In this document: in pieces, positions 37,055-42,912 of the stretch
Position numbering within the stretch: position 1 is the stretch's first letter
Layout: each line of letters begins with the position of its first letter
Virus record (IMG/VR): IMGVR_UViG_3300042539_001687
Span: 1 to 61,602 of that record
Source: a virus
Taxonomy: Duplodnaviria > Caudoviricetes
Strand: one strand, 5' to 3'
Length of the DNA: 61,602 nt
Notes under the pieces: model-generated
What the model was told of the DNA's origin: nothing
The model's database searches: none
The model's input: the letters and a program-made list of their open reading frames with translations, nothing else
Made by a program: the position numbers and the translations under genes

Positions 37055-37312
37055 TCATTCCAGGTCCCAAGCCTCAGCCTTTTCTAGGTGCTGTTGGGTG
37101 GGCACCGTGAGGCGCTCGCGGGCAGTCGCCAGCAGCAGCGCCGTCCGCAGCTTGCTGTGCAGTCCCGCAAGGGTTTCCATGTGGTCGTCGGTGAATCCAC
37201 CGCCGCCATCCTGGCTGTCGATGAGCGCGGCCAGCGCCTCGCCGAACAGCTCCAGCTCATCCGTGAGGAAAGCGACTGTCGCCCCTCGTGCATGCAGGGC
37301 GACGCGCTTCAC
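37055..37312 (-). CDS. Hypothetical protein
   Basis: AAAGGAGG RBS; GTGA overlap. Confidence 0.65.
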   Translation of the reverse strand: MKRVALHARGATVAFLTDELELFGEALAALIDSQDGGGGFTDDHMETLAGLHSKLRTALLLATARERLTVPTQQHLEKAEAWDLE

Positions 37313-37734
37313 TTGTCCCCTCCTTTCAGTCCCGACATCATGGATTGGATGGCCAGCCGAAAGCCGATGAGCACATGCTTGTACTCATGTTGCTCGCGCT
37401 CCCGGAACTCGCCCACGTCTTTGGCCTCTGTCCTGGCCATGAGGAGTTGCTCCTCCAGCTCGGACACCCTGCTCCGCAGATGCGACTCTTCCCCGAAGCG
37501 CCGGTAGGCGGCGGAGCTGTAGTCCGGCGGCTGGAACTCGGCGGACCACCCATCCGCCGGCGTCGTGCCATCGTGCCGCTCGTCCATCGCGATGTACCAG
37601 CTGTCGATGCCGGCCACTCCGGGATTGTCCTTGCAGTTGGGTAGCTGCGACATCAGCTGCCTCTGTGCCTGCTCCATGCCATCGGCGTTCACGGTGAACG
37701 CCACTAGAATCACGTGCGCTGGACTCTCCATCAC
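37309..37734 (-). CDS. Hypothetical protein
   Basis: GAGGAAGG upstream; 141 aa. Confidence 0.65.
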   Translation of the reverse strand: MMESPAHVILVAFTVNADGMEQAQRQLMSQLPNCKDNPGVAGIDSWYIAMDERHDGTTPADGWSAEFQPPDYSSAAYRRFGEESHLRSRVSELEEQLLMARTEAKDVGEFREREQHEYKHVLIGFRLAIQSMMSGLKGGDK

Positions 37735-37754
37735 CGAACCTCCTCATAGAAGAA

Positions 37755-37833
37755 CCTGCGGTCTACGCAGGCCTGCAACGGCGCAGGGGGAGCGGCAGTT
37801 AGTTACCTCCTGCCGCTGGACCTTGAGCCGTCA
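37755..37833 (-). ncRNA. Unrecognised structured RNA motif, copy B (loop GAGGUAACUAA)
   Basis: - strand AGCGGCAG-GAGGTAACTAA-CTGCCGCT plus GCCGTTGC; covaries with copy A. Confidence 0.6.
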
Positions 37834-38313
37834 CTCACGAACCAGCCCGGCGAGCGCATCGTCCCGCCCCAGATCCCGGATCCGAGAGACCAGCGCCTGG
37901 TAGCGGTGGTTCGTCTCCCGAATCACAGACTCCTGGCTGGCGAGCAGCTGCCCCTGGTGGGAGAGCTGCTGTTCCTGCGTGTCCCGCACCCGCTCGCTGT
38001 GGGCCAGCGCATCGGCCAGCTTGGCGACATGGGCGTCCGCCTCACCGACCTCCTGGATGCTGAGGTTCAGCGCTTCCCGCAGCTGACCCTGCACGTCCCG
38101 AGCTGCATCGAGCCGCCCCTCCAGCATGGCGATCTCGTTGGCCAGCTTGGCCTTGCTGGCGCCCGTCGCATCGGCCCATGCCTCCTCGACCTGGACGCAC
38201 AGCGGCGCCGTGTAGTGCCAGGTTCGCAGCGCCTTGATCGCGTCGCCCCAGTAGGCAACGACCACGCCGCCCAGAACAAACGCCCCGACAATCAACAGAT
38301 CACGCACCTTCAT
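37831..38313 (-). CDS. N-terminal TM + coiled-coil protein
   Basis: GGGAGGTG RBS; LLIVGAFVLGGVVVAYW followed by heptad-rich helix. Confidence 0.75.
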   Translation of the reverse strand: MKVRDLLIVGAFVLGGVVVAYWGDAIKALRTWHYTAPLCVQVEEAWADATGASKAKLANEIAMLEGRLDAARDVQGQLREALNLSIQEVGEADAHVAKLADALAHSERVRDTQEQQLSHQGQLLASQESVIRETNHRYQALVSRIRDLGRDDALAGLVRE

Positions 38314-38368
38314 CGCACACCTCCCACAGGAAAGAACGGGGAGCGGCAGAGTGCCGTCCCTCTAAAAA

Positions 38369-38396
38369 GAACTCGCCGACCCCTGAAAACAAGGGG
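38369..38396 (-). promoter_or_regulatory. Conserved ~27-bp intergenic motif, copy 4
   Basis: + strand GAACTCGCCGACCCCTGAAAACAAGGGG. Confidence 0.8.
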
Positions 38397-38405
38397 TTTT
38401 TGACG

Positions 38406-38465
38406 TCCAGGCAACGGCCCGGATTGAGTGGCGGTTAGTCACCTCCCGCCACCGGATCCGCGTCG
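38406..38465 (-). ncRNA. Unrecognised structured RNA motif, copy A (loop GAGGUGACUAA)
   Basis: - strand GGTGGCGG-GAGGTGACTAA-CCGCCACT plus GCCGTTGC; begins right after the stop at 38466. Confidence 0.6.
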
Positions 38466-38852
38466 TCAGGCCTCGATCCGATCCCAGCCTGCAGGCCCGT
38501 CGACCGGACTGAACCGCTCCCGCTCCGGGCGGTGCGCGAAGCCGATCAGCAGCTCGCTGCCCGCCTCGCCAGGGAACGCCTCCAGCAGTCGCTCATCCCT
38601 GTCGGCGTAGCTGCCGGTGCAGGTGAGCTTCTCGTAGAGCATCTTCGCCCCACCGGCGGCGTCGTCGTGCCTGAAGTCCACGAGCCGCCATTCGGGAAGG
38701 AACTCCGACAGGTAGTCGTCGAAGGTCTCGCCGATCGCCAGCTCCACCTGCATCTCCTCCGGTTTGACCGCGAACATCGTCGTGGTCCCAAGCGGGTTGC
38801 GGCGGCAGATCACCACAAACCCCAGCTGTGCCAACTTGTCGAAGTACCCCAT
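38466..38852 (-). CDS. Hypothetical protein
   Basis: GGAGGTG RBS before ATG 38852; immediately downstream of hammerhead 2. Confidence 0.7.
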   Translation of the reverse strand: MGYFDKLAQLGFVVICRRNPLGTTTMFAVKPEEMQVELAIGETFDDYLSEFLPEWRLVDFRHDDAAGGAKMLYEKLTCTGSYADRDERLLEAFPGEAGSELLIGFAHRPERERFSPVDGPAGWDRIEA

Positions 38853-38880
38853 CACACACCTCCATTCCTCGAGAGAAACT

Positions 38881-38932
38881 GCCCTCATCAGTCACCGCCA
38901 TACGGTGAGACCCGCCGAAGCGGGTTTCGGGC
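38881..38932 (-). ncRNA. Type II hammerhead ribozyme (downstream copy, HH2)
   Basis: - strand GCCC-GAAA-CCCGC-TTCG-GCGGG-TC^-TCACCG-TATGG-CGGTGA-CTGATGA-GGGC: intact CUGAUGA/GAAA/GUC core and three perfect stems; predicted cut between 38909 and 38908. Confidence 0.93.
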
Positions 38933-39112
38933 TTAAGCATTGGCCCAATACCACTCCGCCTCCGACTCCGCCTCTTCGCGTGTAGCGTGGGAGGATGCGG
39001 TGTCGTAGCCGGGCGGGAGCTCGAATTCCTTGAGCGCGTTGAAGCCCTCAGGAAACGGACCGACCACCACTGCGGGATAGTCGGGGCCGTAGATCACCAG
39101 GTAGCGATCCAT
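38933..39112 (-). CDS. 59-aa acidic protein bracketed by two hammerheads
   Basis: GGAGGTGA RBS before ATG 39112 (alternative GTG 39124); TAA directly abuts HH2. Confidence 0.75.
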   Translation of the reverse strand: MDRYLVIYGPDYPAVVVGPFPEGFNALKEFELPPGYDTASSHATREEAESEAEWYWANA

Positions 39113-39138
39113 ATTCACCTCCACGACTCAGGGAAACT

Positions 39139-39190
39139 GCCCTCATCAGCTGCCGCCATACGGCAGGACCGGCCGAAGCCGGTTTCGGGC
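39139..39190 (-). ncRNA. Type II hammerhead ribozyme (upstream copy, HH1)
   Basis: - strand GCCC-GAAA-CCGGC-TTCG-GCCGG-TC^-CTGCCG-TATGG-CGGCAG-CTGATGA-GGGC; compensatory changes versus HH2 in stems I and III; predicted cut between 39167 and 39166. Confidence 0.93.
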
Positions 39191-39459
39191 TAAGCGACCT
39201 TCGCGATCCGGACTTGGGCCTTGTCAGCGTCCCGCTTCTTGGAGCGGGCAGCGGCGTCCTCAAGGGACCGGACTCGCGTCTTGAGGGCGTCGATCTCGGC
39301 GTGGGCGTGAACCGCCATCCCGAGCGCCTGAGACGCATCGTCTGCGACCCACGAGATCGCATTGCTCATCACCCGCCAGGCGACGGCGACAGCGACCACA
39401 ACGCCGATCACCACCAGACCCTGAGCCGCATCAGCGCCGTGTTGCAGAACCCATTCCAT
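39190..39459 (-). CDS. Single-TM + coiled-coil protein
   Basis: GGGAGGTG RBS; GLVVIGVVVAVAVAW; the stop overlaps HH1. Confidence 0.7.
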   Translation of the reverse strand: MEWVLQHGADAAQGLVVIGVVVAVAVAWRVMSNAISWVADDASQALGMAVHAHAEIDALKTRVRSLEDAAARSKKRDADKAQVRIAKVA

Positions 39460-39521
39460 GACACACCTCCCAGAGAAAGAAACCACCGAACCAGGAACCA
39501 GGACCTCCCTGGCTCCAGAAA

Positions 39522-39548
39522 GAACTCGCCAGCCCCTGAAAACAGGGG
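39522..39548 (-). promoter_or_regulatory. Conserved ~27-bp intergenic motif, copy 5
   Basis: + strand GAACTCGCCAGCCCCTGAAAACAGGGG. Confidence 0.8.
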
Positions 39549-39552
39549 ACTT

Positions 39553-39846
39553 TCACTGCGGCTCAAGCACAGGGAACCAGCGCCGTCCGCCGCACTTGGA
39601 GCGCGTAGACTTCCAGATCACGGACAGCCCAGACGGGACAATGGCTTCGTGCATCTTGCGAAGCCGAGCGCCGTCCCACCTCCGCATGGTCTTCCAGGCG
39701 ATGTAAAAGCACGGCCCGAGAGCGCCGTCCTTGCGCAGCGCCGGCCCAACCATCGGGATCATCTTCTCCCAGTCGTCGACCGTCATGCGGAACGCATACG
39801 ATCCACCGTCCGGCTCGTAGCACTCAACTAGAAGCGTCTTGGCCAT
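39553..39846 (-). CDS. Hypothetical protein, first gene of the leftward operon
   Basis: GGAGGA RBS; 97 aa. Confidence 0.7.
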   Translation of the reverse strand: MAKTLLVECYEPDGGSYAFRMTVDDWEKMIPMVGPALRKDGALGPCFYIAWKTMRRWDGARLRKMHEAIVPSGLSVIWKSTRSKCGGRRWFPVLEPQ

Positions 39847-39905
39847 GGCGAGTCCTCCATGCCAGTCAGGCCACAGTCACTTGCTGTGGTTGCTGCTGAC
39901 ACTAA

Positions 39906-39933
39906 GAGCTCGCCGACCCCTGAAAACAAAGGG
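39906..39933 (-). promoter_or_regulatory. Conserved ~27-bp intergenic motif, copy 6
   Basis: + strand GAGCTCGCCGACCCCTGAAAACAAAGGG, upstream of the first leftward gene. Confidence 0.78.
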
Positions 39934-40156
39934 CCGGACGGCGGTGAAGCACGAGTGAAATGAGGAGGGGTCGACCCGGTTGTTTGGAGTTTCGGACAGG
40001 CCCTACCCGTTCGTGTTCCCGTGCGGGCGATGCAAGTCCTGCGGCAGCGCGGACTTACGACGCCAAGTTCAAAGGCCCCGAGCCCCCCAGTCGCGATCCG
40101 ATCATATATACGTACCCCCCCTGGATTTTTTCCCGATTTTGAGCGTCCCGGCCCAC

Positions 40157-40185
40157 TTGCGCGCCAGGCGCGATGGGTGTACAAC
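40157..40185 (+). promoter_or_regulatory. Sigma70-type promoter candidate for ssb
   Basis: TTGCGC-N17-TACAAC, followed by a GC hairpin and an AAAGGA RBS. Confidence 0.45.
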
Positions 40186-40240
40186 GGTGCGCATGCCCCG
40201 CCGGTTGGGCGGGGCTGTCTCCCAAGCAGAAAGGACTCGC

Positions 40241-40594
40241 ATGATCACTGCCACAGTGACCGGCAATGTGGGCAAAACACCCGAGCTCAGGACCACCTCT
40301 GGCGGCAAGCCGATGACCACCTTTGGGGTGGCGTCGACCTACAAGCGCAAGGGCGGTGAGCCCACGACGACGTGGGTGGATGTGGTGTGCTTCGACGAGT
40401 CGGCTGAGGCTGTCTGCGAAAGCCTGAACAAGGGCGATCGCGTGATGGTGACCGGCCGCGTCGAGCTGGAGAGGTACCAGAAGAAGGACGGCGGGGAGGG
40501 GCAGTCGCTGCGGATGATCGCCGATGACGTGGCCCTCAGTGTCCGCTTCCGCAAGCAGGAATCGGCACCCGCAGGAGGGTCGGAGCCATGGTAG
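40241..40594 (+). CDS. ssb: Single-stranded DNA-binding protein
   Basis: VTGNVGKTPELRTT..TTWVDVVCF..LNKGDRVMVTGR..YQKKDG; acidic EPW tail. Confidence 0.93.
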   Translation: MITATVTGNVGKTPELRTTSGGKPMTTFGVASTYKRKGGEPTTTWVDVVCFDESAEAVCESLNKGDRVMVTGRVELERYQKKDGGEGQSLRMIADDVALSVRFRKQESAPAGGSEPW

Positions 40595-40698
40595 GGGTGC
40601 CGGGCGGCGCGGACGAAATCACATGGCCAGTCGTCGCGATGATGGCGGTGCTGCTCGCAGGGCAGGCGCTCGTCGTCTGGATCGCCAGCAGACGCTAG
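40588..40698 (+). CDS. 36-aa membrane peptide
   Basis: Manual translation contains WPVVAMMAVLLAGQALVVWIA; overlaps the ssb stop. Confidence 0.35.
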   Translation: MVGVPGGADEITWPVVAMMAVLLAGQALVVWIASRR

Positions 40699-40921
40699 AG
40701 GCGGAAAGTAACGCCCCAACCGTAAGAAAAAAGCACCACTTTTCGTATCGTATTGGATATGATTTGGGCGACCGAAACTGCGTAATTGCCCACCGTCAGC
40801 CGACGCCGCGCCCTACGGCGTCTATGGGTGCTGTCGGCGGGCTGCCCCCAGGCGTAGCGCAGGTGGACAACACCCTGGCGACGATGGGACGGGGGCAGTG
40901 GCACATTCTGGAAACTGTAAA

Positions 40922-41161
40922 ATGAGCGACATCCTTGCCGACTACCGCGAGTGGCGTGACGCCCAGCCGGTGCGCGTCAGCACCCACAGCGACCGCTGCC
41001 ATATGTACCATGATCGGTGCATGATTCACCGGCTCGCGGATGCGCTGGAAAGGGCCACGCTCACCGACGAGGAGCGGGAGGCGATTGCCTACTACGTCGG
41101 CACGGGCGGCCCCGACGCGGTTGACGCCACGCTGCGGACGCTACTGGAGAGGACGACATGA
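40922..41161 (+). CDS. Hypothetical protein with TLTDEEREAI motif
   Basis: ATG 40922; motif shared with the next gene. Confidence 0.6.
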   Translation: MSDILADYREWRDAQPVRVSTHSDRCHMYHDRCMIHRLADALERATLTDEEREAIAYYVGTGGPDAVDATLRTLLERTT

Positions 41162-41712
41162 GGCACAACGAGCCGATAGCGTGGGCGGTCCTGCTCGCGG
41201 ACGGCGACCGCATCTACGATGTCTACGCCATCGAAGAGGAAGCCAAGGCGATTGACGAGGTTGTGACGGGCAATCACGGCATCATCCCGCTCTACCGTTC
41301 GCCCACGCTCGCCGACGCGGAGCGGGAGGCGATCTCCAGGGTGTACGATTTGCTGTGCGACCGCGCCCGCGAGCTGCAAAGCGCCACGCGGCTTGACGAG
41401 GCTCGCCCGCTGATTCAGTGGGCGAAGACACTGCAAGGTCTGTGGGAGCGGCTTTCGCCCGACCGGCCAGAGGCTATCGCAGGGGGCGATACTGCCACAC
41501 CACCCGAGCCTGCGATCCCGCCCGCGTGGCTGTCACGCCCGTACTGGGTCGATCCGGCAGGCGGCCACAGGTACGGGTTCCCGCGCCTCTACGATCCGGC
41601 GACGGACGGCGATATGACCGCGTGGCTGATCGCGAGCGGCTACCCGGAGTCGCTGGCGATGCAGGAGCTGGCGTGTACGTTCACGGCCTGCACACAAACT
41701 GTCGAAAAGTGA
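41158..41712 (+). CDS. Mosaic hypothetical protein (EPIAW..IIPLYRSP + TLADAEREAI + DPAGGHRYGFP segments)
   Basis: GAGGA RBS; ATGA overlap. Confidence 0.65.
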   Translation: MRHNEPIAWAVLLADGDRIYDVYAIEEEAKAIDEVVTGNHGIIPLYRSPTLADAEREAISRVYDLLCDRARELQSATRLDEARPLIQWAKTLQGLWERLSPDRPEAIAGGDTATPPEPAIPPAWLSRPYWVDPAGGHRYGFPRLYDPATDGDMTAWLIASGYPESLAMQELACTFTACTQTVEK

Positions 41713-41761
41713 CAGTTTCTGTGTCGCCAAAAACCCGCTCTCGCAACACATCACATCTGAT

Positions 41762-41971
41762 ATGTCTCCCGTAGCGACACTCCGATACCGACTCCCCGAC
41801 GAGCAGGGCGAGTTCGACGCCGCCCGGCTGGGCAGCCAGGCGTTGCTCGTTCTGTGGGAGATCGACCAGAAGTGCCGCAGCTTGCTGAAGCACGGCGACC
41901 CGACGCCAGAGCAGGCACGGCTGGCGCAGGATATCAGGGCGATGATTGACGGGGAGCTACTCGACACATGA
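41762..41971 (+). CDS. Hypothetical protein
   Basis: ATLRYRLPDEQGEF..LWEIDQKCRSLLKHG, a small-phage-protein-like pattern. Confidence 0.65.
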   Translation: MSPVATLRYRLPDEQGEFDAARLGSQALLVLWEIDQKCRSLLKHGDPTPEQARLAQDIRAMIDGELLDT

Positions 41972-42056
41972 GCGTCCGCGCATTTCTGATGTCTATGGCG
42001 ATATCGACGGCCCTGCTGGCGGCGATGCTGGTATCGGCCCTGATTTTCCTTAGGGG

Positions 42057-42320
42057 GTGAATGTGGCGGAGTTCTCCTGGCTCACGGCGGCGACGATTTT
42101 CGGCACCTACGTGCTGATTGACATGCTGTACGCCTGGTACGTGATGTGCGTAGGGGACCGACGCGCCTTCACGGCTGCATGCCTCACGGCCGTGATCTAC
42201 AGCCTGCTCGCGTACGGCGTTGTCAGCTACAGCCAGAACATCCTGTACCTGGTCCCTCTGGCCTCAGGTGCGTTTCTCGGCACTTACCTTACAGTGCGCC
42301 TTCACCCGGAGAAGCGCTAG
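42057..42320 (+). CDS. Small three-TM membrane protein
   Basis: Three hydrophobic segments ending GAFLGTYLTV. Confidence 0.7.
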   Translation: MNVAEFSWLTAATIFGTYVLIDMLYAWYVMCVGDRRAFTAACLTAVIYSLLAYGVVSYSQNILYLVPLASGAFLGTYLTVRLHPEKR

Positions 42321-42524
42321 GTGACCGAGAAGGAAGACCCGCTGGCCCGCATCCACCGGGAATACCGCCAGCAATGCAAGGAGTGGGGTACGTACCGGCC
42401 GCTAACTGAAAGCCAGATGGCCGGGTTCGCCGTGCGCTGGCGCCAGGAGTCCCAGCGCAAGCTCGAGGCCAGCCAGGCCAAGCCTCAGCGCCGCCGGCCC
42501 AATCGCACTGCACGGGAGACATAA
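42321..42524 (+). CDS. Hypothetical protein
   Basis: 67-aa ORF abutting the upstream stop. Confidence 0.5.
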   Translation: MTEKEDPLARIHREYRQQCKEWGTYRPLTESQMAGFAVRWRQESQRKLEASQAKPQRRRPNRTARET

Positions 42525-42549
42525 ATCCCTTAGAAACCAGGAGGCGGTC

Positions 42550-42897
42550 ATGCCAATGCCGAGCAAAAGCCCAGAGGATGGCATTCGCGAGCTGCTGAGG
42601 ATGCGGCGGCCAGTCGGCATCGACGGAGACGATGCCGCCAAGCCCGTGCCCCTTCCTGCGAGGGAATCCGCCGAGCTTGGGCGCGACCCGTTTGCCTCCG
42701 TGCCGCCCAAAGTCAAGCTGCCGCCGATGTACTCCGCCGGGCCGGTGTATGCAGGACTTCGCGATCCGGCGCCGCTGCAAATGCTGGTGCCTGAGGAGTA
42801 TGTCGAGGGCGTGACGTTTGATCCGCCGTCCAACCGGGAGCGCATCGCAGCGGCGCACCAGAAGCGAATCGCCCAGCAACGCGGCATGGGCCGCTAG
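42550..42897 (+). CDS. Hypothetical protein
   Basis: AGGAGG RBS; AGACATAAA motif at 42517. Confidence 0.65.
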   Translation: MPMPSKSPEDGIRELLRMRRPVGIDGDDAAKPVPLPARESAELGRDPFASVPPKVKLPPMYSAGPVYAGLRDPAPLQMLVPEEYVEGVTFDPPSNRERIAAAHQKRIAQQRGMGR

Positions 42898-42912
42898 GTC
42901 CGGGAGGGTCGC

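Noticed and set aside
37755-38465. Twister or twister-sister ribozyme
   Set aside because: GA..UAA resembles twister L1, but there is no P1/L4 with the required pseudoknot pairs in both copies; left as an unknown motif
33514-39933. CRISPR array or integron attC array
   Set aside because: Repeats are 0.4-2 kb apart with whole genes between; no cas genes; no attC RYYYAAC/GTTRRRY ends or integron integrase
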